Positions 29,937 to 39,128 are shown, numbered from the stretch's first letter. The stretch: 64,000 bases of DNA from Candidatus Levyibacteriota bacterium (GCA_016186645.1 JACPLF010000007.1:9151-73150); one strand, 5' to 3'. Notes: generated from the sequence alone by a model not told the origin. Program-made: numbers and translations.

Positions 29937-30036
29937 AGTAGTGATTTAAAATTTTAAATAGTAAATTGCAAACTTACATTGCAAATTTGAAATTTCAAAT
30001 GTGTATTTACTATTTTAAATTTACTATTTACAATTC
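29937..30036. repeat. AT-rich intergenic repeat, copy F (secY/rplO spacer, abuts rplO stop)
   Basis: Full-length copy including the internal inverted repeat. Confidence 0.8.
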
Positions 30037-30468
30037 TACTTTCCCTCCGGCTTTCAAAATTTTCTTTGCCGCTCCTTTTGACACGGGTAATTTAACTGTT
30101 AAAGCAATATTAAGGTTTCCATCTCCCAAAATTTTGATTCCGTTTTTCTTGGCATAATCGGGATTCACAATTTTATTGTCAATAAGTGATCCTAGATCAA
30201 CTACCGTGCCTTTTTTTAATAAATTCAAAACCTTTACATTTACAATAATTGGACCTTTCCTGAAAGACTTATTCTTGCCTTTTCCTCTCATAAACGGAAG
30301 CCTTTTAATAAGAGTTAGTGCTCCGCCTTCAAAAGTCAAAGGAATATTTCCTTTTGCTTTTTGTCCTTTTGTTCCTCGTCCACTTGTTTTTCCGCGCCCT
30401 GATCCATGGCCCTGACCTAGTCTTTTTTGTCTTGATTCCGTGATTTTTTTCAAAGATGAAAGTTTCAT
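30028..30468 (-). CDS. rplO: 50S ribosomal protein L15
   Basis: GRGTKGQKAKGN..FEGG. Confidence 0.95.
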   Translation of the reverse strand: MKLSSLKKITESRQKRLGQGHGSGRGKTSGRGTKGQKAKGNIPLTFEGGALTLIKRLPFMRGKGKNKSFRKGPIIVNVKVLNLLKKGTVVDLGSLIDNKIVNPDYAKKNGIKILGDGNLNIALTVKLPVSKGAAKKILKAGGKVEL

Positions 30469-30583
30469 GCTACTTCGCTCATCCTTTCTTTAAATAATAT
30501 TTTTAACATAATTAAACTGCTTTTATAAGCTTACTAAGCTTCGGCGGCATGACCCTTCGTAGTTGTAACGAAGAGGGTCATAA

Positions 30584-31075
30584 TTATTTTGCTCTTGATT
30601 TAATTCTATTATATCTCTGTGTCATAAGTCTTAGCGCTTCAATAGTCGCATAGACATTGCTTGCTTGGTTTTTGGTACCCATAACTTTGGAAGAAACATT
30701 TTCTATTCCGGCTAGAGCAACAACACTTCTGACTGCGCCTCCTGCGATAACCCCCGAACCTTTTGGGGCTGGCTTTAACATAACTTTTGCTGCACCCAAC
30801 TTTATAGTATACTCAAAAGGAATAGTCCCATTGATAATTGGCACTTCAATAGCGTGCTTTTTCCCAAGCAAAACTCCTTTTTTTATAGCAGACGATATTT
30901 CAGGACCCTTTCCAAGCCCTACTCCGACTTTTCCCTTTTTGTTTCCGACAACAGTTAAGACTGAAAATCCAATCTTGTTTCCGCCTTTTGTCTTCTTGGA
31001 AACTCTATTAACCTGAACTATCTTTTCTTCAAATCCATCAGTTGGTCTATCTTTATAAAATCTTGAGTCGTTCAT
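30584..31075 (-). CDS. rpsE: 30S ribosomal protein S5
   Basis: S5 dsRBD and C-terminal domain. No rpmD between rpsE and rplO. Confidence 0.95.
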   Translation of the reverse strand: MNDSRFYKDRPTDGFEEKIVQVNRVSKKTKGGNKIGFSVLTVVGNKKGKVGVGLGKGPEISSAIKKGVLLGKKHAIEVPIINGTIPFEYTIKLGAAKVMLKPAPKGSGVIAGGAVRSVVALAGIENVSSKVMGTKNQASNVYATIEALRLMTQRYNRIKSRAK

Positions 31076-31419
31076 TAGAATTCCAGTCCTCCTTCCCTAG
31101 CTCCCTGTGCGATCGAGCTTATTCTTCCATGATATGAATAGCTTCCGCGATCAAATACAACTTTTTTGATTTTTTTGTCAATTGCCTTTTTCGCCAACAA
31201 GACTCCAACTGCTTTTGCTCTCGCGCTTTTGCCTGTCAACTTTTCTTTTAGATGCTTTTCTGAAACTCCGACAATTGTCTTTCTAGCGTCATCATTTATG
31301 AGCTGCGCATACACCAAACGATTAGACTTAAACACAGAAAGTCTCGGCCTGTCCTTTGTACCCCTGATCTTAGATCTCACTCTGATTTCTCTTTTTATTT
31401 TGTTGTCTAACTTTCTCAT
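31075..31419 (-). CDS. rplR: 50S ribosomal protein L18
   Basis: L18 signature. Confidence 0.95.
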   Translation of the reverse strand: MRKLDNKIKREIRVRSKIRGTKDRPRLSVFKSNRLVYAQLINDDARKTIVGVSEKHLKEKLTGKSARAKAVGVLLAKKAIDKKIKKVVFDRGSYSYHGRISSIAQGAREGGLEF

Positions 31420-31499
31420 ATTAATTTTAAATATTAAATATCAAATTGTAAAAATACATTTAAAATTTAAAATGTGTATTTACTATTTACAATTTACTA
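31420..31499. repeat. AT-rich intergenic repeat, copy G (rplR/rplF spacer)
   Basis: Full-length copy. Confidence 0.8.
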
Positions 31500-32051
31500 T
31501 CATTTCGCTCCTAATGCTTTTGCTGCTTTTCCCACTTTTCTTCTTATTTTTTCATCCTTGTATTTTATACCTTTCCCTTTATATGGCTCGGGCGGTCTTA
31601 TTGCTCTTATTCTGGATGCCATATTTCCAACCATATCTTTATCGCTACCCAGAACTGTAATTACATTTTCATCAACCGTGAACGTTAACCCATCTGGAGC
31701 CGTAATCTTTACAGGATGAGAAAAACCAACAGAGAGAGTCAAATCCCGGCCTGCTGCTTGAACTCTGTATCCAACCCCTGAAAGTTCGAGCTTTTTCTCA
31801 AAACCCGTTAAAACACCGGTAACCATATTTGAAATCATAGCTCTTGTTAATCCCAAAGATGGCTTTAATCCTTCATTATTCTTGTCTTTCAAAGAAACTA
31901 CCAAACGCCCCTCTACTGATTTTACGTCAATTCCTTGTGGGAGCTTGAAAGAAAGATTTCCTTTAGGTCCGCTAATTTTAACAATATCCTGATCAAAAGC
32001 AACGTTCACGCCTTCTTTGATCATAACTGGTTTTTTTGCAAGTTTAGACAT
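31500..32051 (-). CDS. rplF: 50S ribosomal protein L6
   Basis: L6 two-domain signature. Confidence 0.95.
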   Translation of the reverse strand: MSKLAKKPVMIKEGVNVAFDQDIVKISGPKGNLSFKLPQGIDVKSVEGRLVVSLKDKNNEGLKPSLGLTRAMISNMVTGVLTGFEKKLELSGVGYRVQAAGRDLTLSVGFSHPVKITAPDGLTFTVDENVITVLGSDKDMVGNMASRIRAIRPPEPYKGKGIKYKDEKIRRKVGKAAKALGAK

Positions 32052-32121
32052 ACATTCGCTCCTTTGCGTCGCTCAAATTAAAAATTAAAAATGAAAAATT
32101 CAAAATTAACTTTTAACTTTT

Positions 32122-32163
32122 CCCGCCCGACTTCGCCTGCGAGCGAACTCGCTGGCGGGCGGG
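32122..32163. promoter_or_regulatory. GC-rich stem-loop between rpsH and rplF
   Basis: CCCGCCCG..GCGAG-CGAA-CTCGC..CGGGCGGG flanked by AACTTTTAAC repeats. Confidence 0.4.
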
Positions 32164-32179
32164 CACTTTGAACTTTTAA

Positions 32180-32572
32180 CTACCATATTCTGAATAGGAT
32201 TTCTCCTCCCATATTTTGCTTCAAAGCTTCCCGGCCCGTCATAATTCCTTTACTGGTTGAGAGAATTATAGTATGCCTTCCTCTCCTTTGAATCGCAGGA
32301 ATTTCTTTGGCCGTTGCATATTTCCTTAAAGATGGTTTTGAAACAACCAAAACATCTGTCAAGACAGGATTTCTTTTCTCATATTTTATTGAAGCAACAA
32401 TAGCTTTTTTTCCTTCCCTTGCATCCACGTCAAACCCTTCCAAAAATCCTTCGCTCACCAAAACTTTACAAACAGCCTTATTAATTTTTAGATTATCTAA
32501 AACAACCTGTTTTCTTTTAGCTCTGGCTGCATTTTTGATTCTAATTATTAAATCTGAAATTCTATGATTCAT
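32180..32572 (-). CDS. rpsH: 30S ribosomal protein S8
   Basis: Start trimmed to the conserved MNHRISDLIIRIKNA. Confidence 0.9.
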   Translation of the reverse strand: MNHRISDLIIRIKNAARAKRKQVVLDNLKINKAVCKVLVSEGFLEGFDVDAREGKKAIVASIKYEKRNPVLTDVLVVSKPSLRKYATAKEIPAIQRRGRHTIILSTSKGIMTGREALKQNMGGEILFRIW

Positions 32573-32599
32573 AATATTTATTCTGCTTTGCAAAAAAAA

Positions 32600-32785
32600 C
32601 TACCAACTCGACTTAACTACGCCTGGCAGCTGTCCTTTTAGAGCAAGTTCTCTAAAACATAGTCTGCACAATCCAAAACGTCTTATATACGCTCTGGTTC
32701 TGCCGCATATATTGCATGTGTTTTTCTGTCTTACTTTAAATTTCTGTTTTCTTCTAGCTTTTAATACGTTCGATAATTTTGGCAT
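32600..32785 (-). CDS. rpsZ: 30S ribosomal protein S14 type Z (zinc-binding)
   Basis: 61 aa, [22 protein letters not shown]. Confidence 0.95.
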   Translation of the reverse strand: MPKLSNVLKARRKQKFKVRQKNTCNICGRTRAYIRRFGLCRLCFRELALKGQLPGVVKSSW

Positions 32786-32789
32786 AATT

Positions 32790-33341
32790 TTATTTTACAA
32801 AAGGCATACCCATCGCCTTAAGTAGTGCAAAACCGTTTTTGTCATTTCTTGCTGTTGTAACGATGCTTACTTCAAAACCTTGAACTTTATCAATTTTTCC
32901 CGGATCTATTTCCGGAAAAACTGTACTTTCGGTAAAACCCAAAGTGTAGTTACCGGTTCCATCAAAACTAACTTTCTTAACTCCATGAAAATCTCTAAAG
33001 CGAGGTAGAACAACGCTTATCAGTCTTTCAAAAAAATCATACATTTTTTTACCTCTCAAAGTTACGACAAGACCTATTTTATCTCCTTCTCTTAACTTGA
33101 AAGAGGATATAGATTTTTTTGCACTTGCCCATTTAGGTTTTTGTCCCGTGACTTGTCCTAAAATTGCTGTCGCTTTTTCCAAATTCTTTTTATCCAAAAT
33201 TGCGTCTTTTACTCCCATATTAACCACTATTTTTGATAGTGTCGGCACAGCCATGACATTTTTAAGACCAAGCTCTTTCTGTAGTTCGTTGGCAATTTGT
33301 TTTTTAAATCTAGTCTGTAAGTTATCCATAGTGAATCTCAA
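32790..33341 (-). CDS. rplE: 50S ribosomal protein L5
   Basis: L5 signature. True start probably a few codons in. Confidence 0.95.
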   Translation of the reverse strand: MRFTMDNLQTRFKKQIANELQKELGLKNVMAVPTLSKIVVNMGVKDAILDKKNLEKATAILGQVTGQKPKWASAKKSISSFKLREGDKIGLVVTLRGKKMYDFFERLISVVLPRFRDFHGVKKVSFDGTGNYTLGFTESTVFPEIDPGKIDKVQGFEVSIVTTARNDKNGFALLKAMGMPFVK

Positions 33342-33366
33342 AACTATTTATAGTGAGCTTGCCTAA

Positions 33367-33696
33367 CTATATTTTTTTATTGCACTTTGCGCAAATTCTG
33401 ATTTTACCATTTTTCTCCAAAGCAAATCCAATACGAGTCTGAACTTTGCAATTCGGGCAAATCAGAGCAACGTTCTGCAAAGGCAATGGTTTGGTAATAG
33501 TAACTATTTCCGAAGGCTGACCCTGTGATCTTGCCTTCAGATGTCTTTTGTATTGATTTACTCCTGTTACTAAAACTTTTCCGATTTTTACGAAAACTTT
33601 CTCTATTTTTCCCTCTTTTCCCTTGTCTTTTCCGGAAACTACTTTTACATTATCGCCTTTTTTTAATTTCATCCCGTTAGAAAGTCCTCCTTTCAA
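33367..33696 (-). CDS. rplX: 50S ribosomal protein L24 (with C-terminal CxxC..CxxC ribbon)
   Basis: KOW motif KLKKGDNVKVVSGKDKGK. Extra C-terminal Zn-ribbon-like CPNC...CAKC. Confidence 0.9.
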   Translation of the reverse strand: MKGGLSNGMKLKKGDNVKVVSGKDKGKEGKIEKVFVKIGKVLVTGVNQYKRHLKARSQGQPSEIVTITKPLPLQNVALICPNCKVQTRIGFALEKNGKIRICAKCNKKI

Positions 33697-33756
33697 GACT
33701 TACCTTGAGCTTTTTAAAATTTATTTTGTAACAATTCTTTCTAACGGGATTCATAA

Positions 33757-34131
33757 CTATATAACCTCAACTGCCATACTTGCGATTTTTGAAAAACCTT
33801 TATCCTTTACTTCTCTAGCGATAGGACCAAAGATTCTTGTTCCTATTGGGTTTTTGTCTTTGGCGTTATCTATTACTACTCCTGCATTGTCTGAAAACCT
33901 GATAAATGATCCATCTGTCCTTCTTTTTTCTTTTCTGGTTCTAACCAAAACTACTTTGACAATCTGACTGTCTTTGACTGTTCCGATAGAACTTGCTCCT
34001 TTGACAACGCAATTTAGTACGTCACCAATATAACCAAATTTTCTCTTGGATCCTCCAAAAACATGTACAACCTGAAGCGCTTTCGCTCCGCTATTATCCG
34101 CAACTTTCAAAATTGTTCTATGCTGTACCAT
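33757..34131 (-). CDS. rplN: 50S ribosomal protein L14
   Basis: LKVADNSGAK. Confidence 0.95.
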   Translation of the reverse strand: MVQHRTILKVADNSGAKALQVVHVFGGSKRKFGYIGDVLNCVVKGASSIGTVKDSQIVKVVLVRTRKEKRRTDGSFIRFSDNAGVVIDNAKDKNPIGTRIFGPIAREVKDKGFSKIASMAVEVI

Positions 34132-34365
34132 TTATTTTATTACCTCCATTATCTTAAAATGTTTGGTTTTTGATATTGGTTTTGTTTCTGCAATTTTTAC
34201 CTTATCTCCAACATGAGGCGCAAAAGTTGAAATGTCGGCAGCAACCTTGTTATCTTTTTTTATAAGCTTTTTGTATAACGGATGAGGAAATCTCCTCGTT
34301 ATAGCAACTATTGCCGTGTTTTTCATTTTAAGCGAGATAACTGTTGCGTCAAATATTCTTTTCAT
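34132..34365 (-). CDS. rpsQ: 30S ribosomal protein S17
   Basis: S17 OB-fold signature. Confidence 0.9.
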   Translation of the reverse strand: MKRIFDATVISLKMKNTAIVAITRRFPHPLYKKLIKKDNKVAADISTFAPHVGDKVKIAETKPISKTKHFKIMEVIK

Positions 34366-34367
34366 AA

Positions 34368-34601
34368 TTATTTGCTTCCGCCAGCTGGCGGATTTGTCTT
34401 TTCAGACAATTCTTTCATTCTGATAATAGTTAGCATTTGTGCAATTTCTTTCCTTTTTATGGGAAGCCGACTCGTATTTTTAAGCTTATTTTGTGCTTTA
34501 TCAAGTCTTAATTTAACAACTTCATCTTGCACGTCTGCAACAAGCTTTTCAAGTTCTTTTAAAGTTTTTAAATGCAATTCCTTTTTATCTTTTGTTTTCA
34601 T
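34368..34601 (-). CDS. rpmC: 50S ribosomal protein L29
   Basis: Helical L29 pattern. Confidence 0.85.
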   Translation of the reverse strand: MKTKDKKELHLKTLKELEKLVADVQDEVVKLRLDKAQNKLKNTSRLPIKRKEIAQMLTIIRMKELSEKTNPPAGGSK

Positions 34602-34604
34602 AAG

Positions 34605-35024
34605 TTAAATATTATATTCTGATTTTACTGCAATTCTTGTTTTTACATTTAATTTGTAAGAAGCAAGTTTTAATGCTGAGAATGCAACATCTTTTGTAAC
34701 TCCACCCATTTCAAAAAGCATTCTTCCTTCTTTAACCGGAGCTACGAATTCGAACACATCCCCCTTCCCTCCTCCCATTCTGGTTTCTGCAGGTTTTTTG
34801 GTGATTGGTTTGTGAGGAAAAATTCTGATCCAAAGTCTTCCTCCTCTTTGAGTGTAATGAGTTATAGCTCTTCTTGCTGCCTCGATTTGCCTGCTGGTAA
34901 CCAGCCCCTTTTCTTCAGACAAAAGTCCATATTCACCAAAAGAAATTTTAATTCCTTTATGAGCTTTTCCTCTTATCGTACCCTTTTGCTGTTTTCTGTA
35001 TTTTGCTCTTTTTGGAACTAACAT
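34605..35024 (-). CDS. rplP: 50S ribosomal protein L16
   Basis: [15 protein letters not shown]. Confidence 0.95.
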   Translation of the reverse strand: MLVPKRAKYRKQQKGTIRGKAHKGIKISFGEYGLLSEEKGLVTSRQIEAARRAITHYTQRGGRLWIRIFPHKPITKKPAETRMGGGKGDVFEFVAPVKEGRMLFEMGGVTKDVAFSALKLASYKLNVKTRIAVKSEYNI

Positions 35025-35025
35025 A

Positions 35026-35673
35026 TTATTTTCCTTCTCCTTTGTTTATCCAAACTTTTACCCCAATGTATCCTTTTTTAGTTAATGCCGGAACACTTGC
35101 AAAATTTATCCTTTCTCTGATTGTTGACAAAGGCACTGTACCTTTTTGTATTTTTTCTCTTCTTCCGATTTCTGCTCCTCCAACACGTCCGGAAATAATA
35201 ATTCTTATTCCTTTTCCTCCTGCTCCCATAACCCTTTCAACTGTTTGAGCCAAAACTCTTCTATGAGGAAGGCGTTTTACTAATTGATCTGAAATATTTT
35301 TCGCAACCAAAAATGCATCAAGGTTTGGCTCTTTAATTGGCTCTATTCTAATATCAATTTTTGGAGCCGACTTGGAAGTTTTTTTTATTTTCAATAATTT
35401 ATATACATAGTCTTTAATTTCTTCCATGCCCGACCCGCCGCGACCTATCACCATACCAGGCCTAGATACATTTACTGTTAATTTCAAGCTGTTAATTGAT
35501 CTTTCAATTTCAATTTCCGATACTCCTGCTCCTGCTAACTTTGTCATAAGAGCGCGTCTTAAATCGTAATCTTCCAAAAGTACGTCTTTGTATCTTTTGT
35601 CATCAAACCAACGGCTGCTCCAATTGTAAATTGGTCCCAATCTTAAAATTTGCGGATTAACTTTTTGTCCCAT
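35026..35673 (-). CDS. rpsC: 30S ribosomal protein S3
   Basis: KH and S3-C domains. Confidence 0.95.
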   Translation of the reverse strand: MGQKVNPQILRLGPIYNWSSRWFDDKRYKDVLLEDYDLRRALMTKLAGAGVSEIEIERSINSLKLTVNVSRPGMVIGRGGSGMEEIKDYVYKLLKIKKTSKSAPKIDIRIEPIKEPNLDAFLVAKNISDQLVKRLPHRRVLAQTVERVMGAGGKGIRIIISGRVGGAEIGRREKIQKGTVPLSTIRERINFASVPALTKKGYIGVKVWINKGEGK

Positions 35674-35674
35674 A

Positions 35675-36010
35675 TTATTCTTTCGCCTCCAATATTATTT
35701 TTATATGGCTGCTTCTTTTTTTGTAGGGATGGGCTCTTCCTTTGGTTGATGCATGGAATCTTTTGATAGCAGGCCCATCCCAAACTTCAATTCTTTTGAT
35801 AATAAGATCGCCTTTTGTTTTCTTAGCATTATTTATCGCATTTCCAATTGCGCTTTCAAAAACAGTGTTCAAGACGCTTGCTCCTCTTTTTTGAGTCATA
35901 TTCAGTACATTAAGCGCTTTATCCAAAGGAAGATTACGGATGCTGTCAGCAACTAATCTTACTTTTCTTGGACTTATTCTAATTGATTGTGCTCTCGCTA
36001 TAATCTCCAT
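35675..36010 (-). CDS. rplV: 50S ribosomal protein L22
   Basis: L22 signature. Confidence 0.95.
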   Translation of the reverse strand: MEIIARAQSIRISPRKVRLVADSIRNLPLDKALNVLNMTQKRGASVLNTVFESAIGNAINNAKKTKGDLIIKRIEVWDGPAIKRFHASTKGRAHPYKKRSSHIKIILEAKE

Positions 36011-36078
36011 ATTAATTCAGCGTTTAGTTAATGAGCGTCTAGCGTCTAGTTTCTAAACTGAACGCTAGTTGCTAAACG

Positions 36079-36363
36079 CTATGTTTTACTAATCTCCCTT
36101 GCTACGACTCTTCCATGACTTCTGAATGTTCTGGTTGGTGAAAATTCTCCAAGCCTATGTCCGACCATTCCTTCAAGAATAAATACCGTAACAAAATTTT
36201 TCCCGTTATGAATAGACAAAGTGTGTCCGACAAATTCAGGCGGAATCTGGCAAGCTCTTGACCATGTTTTTATGGCCGTTTTATCGCCCATTTGTTTTTG
36301 CTTCATTACTTTTTTCAAAAGTCTTGGATCTATAAATGGCCCCTTTTTTATACTTCTACTCAT
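36079..36363 (-). CDS. rpsS: 30S ribosomal protein S19
   Basis: Start trimmed to [10 protein letters not shown]. Confidence 0.95.
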   Translation of the reverse strand: MSRSIKKGPFIDPRLLKKVMKQKQMGDKTAIKTWSRACQIPPEFVGHTLSIHNGKNFVTVFILEGMVGHRLGEFSPTRTFRSHGRVVAREISKT

Positions 36364-36372
36364 ATACTTTAA

Positions 36373-36405
36373 TGTCATTCTGAGCGTTAGCGAAGAATCT
36401 CAGAG
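36373..36405. repeat. palindromic repeat TGTCATTCTGAGCGTTAGCGAAGAATCTCAGAG (rplB-rpsS spacer)
   Basis: Shares the CTGAGCGTTAGC(C)GAAG core with 50059-50079 and 10317-10338. Confidence 0.5.
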
Positions 36406-36435
36406 ATCCTTCACGTTCGTTCAGGATAAGCTTTC

Positions 36436-37176
36436 TTATTTCTTTCTTCTTTGCAAAATATATTTATCAGAATATTTATTTTTTCTTCTAGTCTTCCCAA
36501 CTGCAACACGTCCTGCATAAGTCATAGGCCTTTTCCTTCCGATACCAGATCTTCCTTCTCCTCCTCCATGAGGGTGAGATCTTGGATTTTGTGCAGTTCC
36601 TCGGACAGTTGGCCTAATACCCATATGAATACTTCTGCCTGCTTTACCTAAAACCTCATTTTTCCAATCAATATTTCCCAAAGTTCCAACTGTCGCCAAG
36701 CAACTTCCATCGACTCTTCTTATTTCTCCTGAGGGGAGTTTTAGGTCAATATTGTTACCGTCTTTTGCCTGAACAATGATTCCTGTTCCAGCAGATCTTG
36801 CCATTTGGCCTCCCCGGCCTGGCATTAATTCAACATTATGAACAACTGTACCCAAAGGAAGTGCTCTAAGAGGTAAGGCATTTCCTGTTTTAATTTCAGC
36901 ATCCGGGCCTGATTTTATCACCGCTCCTACTTTTAGTCCAAGCGGACTTAGGATATACATCTTGTCTCCATCCGTATAATGAATAAGCGCAATTTCTGTA
37001 GTTCTATTTGGATCATATTCAATAACTGCTACTTTTCCCTCAACTCCGAATTTATTTCTCTTAAAATCAATAACGCGCATGAAACGTTTTTGCTCTCCGC
37101 CCTGATGTCTGACAGAAACCTTTCCTGACACGTCTCTTCCTGAATTTTTCTTTTTAATAAACCTTAATTTACTCAT
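36436..37176 (-). CDS. rplB: 50S ribosomal protein L2
   Basis: L2 signature. Start trimmed to remove the overlap with rplW. Confidence 0.9.
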   Translation of the reverse strand: MSKLRFIKKKNSGRDVSGKVSVRHQGGEQKRFMRVIDFKRNKFGVEGKVAVIEYDPNRTTEIALIHYTDGDKMYILSPLGLKVGAVIKSGPDAEIKTGNALPLRALPLGTVVHNVELMPGRGGQMARSAGTGIIVQAKDGNNIDLKLPSGEIRRVDGSCLATVGTLGNIDWKNEVLGKAGRSIHMGIRPTVRGTAQNPRSHPHGGGEGRSGIGRKRPMTYAGRVAVGKTRRKNKYSDKYILQRRKK

Positions 37177-37177
37177 A

Positions 37178-37489
37178 TTATTTTTTAGTCCCTTCTTGAC
37201 CTGCGGTATCAAATAAAGCAATCTTCTGATCTTTTGGAAGTCTGACTATTGCTTTTTTAAAAGTGCTTTTAACAAATTCCTCTCTTCTTACGCCTTTCCT
37301 ATCTGTTTTGCCTTTAACAAGACTTGTATATATTTTCAAAACTTTTACCTTAAATTGATTTTCAATTACACTTTTAATCAAATGCTTATTTGCAGATACT
37401 GCAACCTTGAAAGTAAATTTTCCCAAGCTGGCATCCTGCATTGATTTTTCAGTTATAATTGGCGCGATAATAACGTCTCTAATATTCAT
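37178..37489 (-). CDS. rplW: 50S ribosomal protein L23
   Basis: L23 signature. Confidence 0.9.
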   Translation of the reverse strand: MNIRDVIIAPIITEKSMQDASLGKFTFKVAVSANKHLIKSVIENQFKVKVLKIYTSLVKGKTDRKGVRREEFVKSTFKKAIVRLPKDQKIALFDTAGQEGTKK

Positions 37490-37490
37490 A

Positions 37491-38315
37491 TTATTTTTGC
37501 TTGCCCCTCGAAGCGAAATCGTTGTGGGGTCCTTTCATAAAAGTATCTTCAATAACATCTACCGCATCTCTCATAAGTAAAATCAATTTGTTATCAATAA
37601 CTTTATAAGCATTGATCATGTTTGCAGTCAATATCTCTACTCCTTCGATATTTCTTGCAGCCCTGTAAACATTTTCTGCTTCTTTTGCCTTAGGCATTAC
37701 CAATAAAACTCTGGAAGCATTTTTTATTCCCAAATTTTCCAAAACTTGAGCCATTAATTGTGTTTTAGGTGTTATTTCTTCCAATCCTTTTACGATTTTT
37801 AGTTCGTTGTCTTTAAGCTTTGAGGAAAGTGCTGAGAAAAGCGCAAGGGTTTTCATTTTTTTTGAGAGACTGAGAGAAAAATCTCGGGGTCTTGGTCCAA
37901 AAGCAAGTCCTCCGCCGACAAAAATAGGAGCTCTTTTTGAGCCGTGGCGGGCGCGTCCTGTACCTTTTTGCTGCCAGACTTTTTTGGTTGTTTTATTTAC
38001 TTCTCCTCTGTCTTTTGTCTTGACTGTTCCCTGTCTTTGATTTGCCAAATAAACTCTGACCGCTTGGGCCATAAGAGAATCATTTATTTTTGCGCCAAAT
38101 ACTTCAGTCGGCAAACTAATGCTGCCTGATACTTTTCCTTTTGTGTCAAAAACAGAAGCGTTTAAACCTGCTCCCTTTGTTTTTGCCAAAACAGGAATTT
38201 TAGCTTCAATCTTAGCCTTTTTAGCTGATTTTTTTACAACAATTTTAGGAGCTTTAATATTCTTTTTCGCAACTTTTAATTTTGAACTTTTAACTTTTAA
38301 CTTTTTAGCTGGCAT
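37491..38315 (-). CDS. rplD: 50S ribosomal protein L4 with ~55-aa Lys/Ala-rich N-terminal extension
   Basis: L4 core (QKGTGRARHGS..). Unusual KAKK-rich N-terminus. Confidence 0.9.
   Translation of the reverse strand: MPAKKLKVKSSKLKVAKKNIKAPKIVVKKSAKKAKIEAKIPVLAKTKGAGLNASVFDTKGKVSGSISLPTEVFGAKINDSLMAQAVRVYLANQRQGTVKTKDRGEVNKTTKKVWQQKGTGRARHGSKRAPIFVGGGLAFGPRPRDFSLSLSKKMKTLALFSALSSKLKDNELKIVKGLEEITPKTQLMAQVLENLGIKNASRVLLVMPKAKEAENVYRAARNIEGVEILTANMINAYKVIDNKLILLMRDAVDVIEDTFMKGPHNDFASRGKQK
37504..37529. repeat. GC-rich palindromic motif CCCCTCGAAG-hairpin-GGGG (overlaps rplD 3-prime end)
   Basis: CCCCTCGAAGCGAAATCGTTGTGGGG. Confidence 0.6.
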
Positions 38316-38328
38316 TTGCTTTTATTTA

Positions 38329-38362
38329 CCCCTCGAAGTCCGCTTAAGCGGACGTAGTGGGG
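38329..38362. repeat. GC-rich palindromic motif CCCCTCGAAG-hairpin-GGGG (spans rplC stop / rplD start spacer)
   Basis: CCCCTCGAAGTCCGCTTAAGCGGACGTAGTGGGG. Confidence 0.65.
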
Positions 38363-39060
38363 CCTCCTTCCTTAACCTCTTCAACTTTAACTTCTTCGAC
38401 TTTTGGCTCCTCTTTTACTTCAGGTTTTTTGTCTGCATACAAAGGAACAAACTTCTTGTCTTCTCCGACTTTTTTAAGCATTAGCAAATTGTTTTTTCCG
38501 CCTGGAACCAAACCTTTAACCAATACGAAGTTATCGTCAACAGACACAATTCTAAGATTTTTAACTGTAACTTGATCTTGTCCCATGCGCCCTGCCATCC
38601 TTTTTCCCTTGTAAACTCTTCCAGGGGTTGTGTTGGATCCGATAGAACCCGGCGCTCTTTCTCTGTCTGATTGTCCGTGTGTTCGAGGTCCTCCTTTGAA
38701 ATGATATCTTTTGACTCCCCCCGCATAACCTTTTCCTTTGGATATTCCTGTAACATTTATAACATCGCCTGGTTTGAAAATTGCGCTTGCTTTTAATGCA
38801 TCGCCAACTGAAGGCATGGTGTCTGCATCTGTGATTCTTACTTCCCGTACAAAATTATAAACAGATTTCAAACTCTTGGCGGGTCTTGCTTTTGTTCTTT
38901 TGTCAAATCCCAATTGTACGGCAGAATATTTGTCTCGTCCCAATGTTTTGTGGCCAATAACAATATTTCCATCTACACCCAATTTGGTAACTGGAATACG
39001 GATTCCGTTTTCCAAAAATTTTTGTCCTTGTTCTATTTTTTTAGCAAGTATTGCGTTCAT
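38344..39060 (-). CDS. rplC: 50S ribosomal protein L3 with C-terminal KEE-repeat extension
   Basis: Start trimmed to MNAILAKK. C-terminal PEVKEEPKVEEVKVEEVKEGG tail. Confidence 0.9.
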   Translation of the reverse strand: MNAILAKKIEQGQKFLENGIRIPVTKLGVDGNIVIGHKTLGRDKYSAVQLGFDKRTKARPAKSLKSVYNFVREVRITDADTMPSVGDALKASAIFKPGDVINVTGISKGKGYAGGVKRYHFKGGPRTHGQSDRERAPGSIGSNTTPGRVYKGKRMAGRMGQDQVTVKNLRIVSVDDNFVLVKGLVPGGKNNLLMLKKVGEDKKFVPLYADKKPEVKEEPKVEEVKVEEVKEGGPTTSA

Positions 39061-39066
39061 ATTTAT

Positions 39067-39097
39067 CCCTCGAAGCTCGCCCAGCGAGCGAAGTGGG
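39067..39097. repeat. GC-rich palindromic motif (rplC 5-prime UTR)
   Basis: CCCTCGAAGCTCGCCCAGCGAGCGAAGTGGG. Confidence 0.65.
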
Positions 39098-39103
39098 AAA
39101 ACC

Positions 39104-39128
39104 AAAAAAGCGACCACATAGAGTCGCC
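39104..39128 (-). terminator. intrinsic-terminator-like hairpin plus U-tract upstream of rplC (possible attenuator)
   Basis: Minus strand GGCGAC-UCUAUGUG-GUCGC followed by UUUUUU. Confidence 0.4.

Noticed and set aside
30470-30583. Possible rpmD (L30) between rpsE and rplO
   Set aside because: The gap is only 114 nt and contains an imperfect hairpin (ATGACCCTTCG...CGAAGAGGGTCAT), with no ORF of L30 size.
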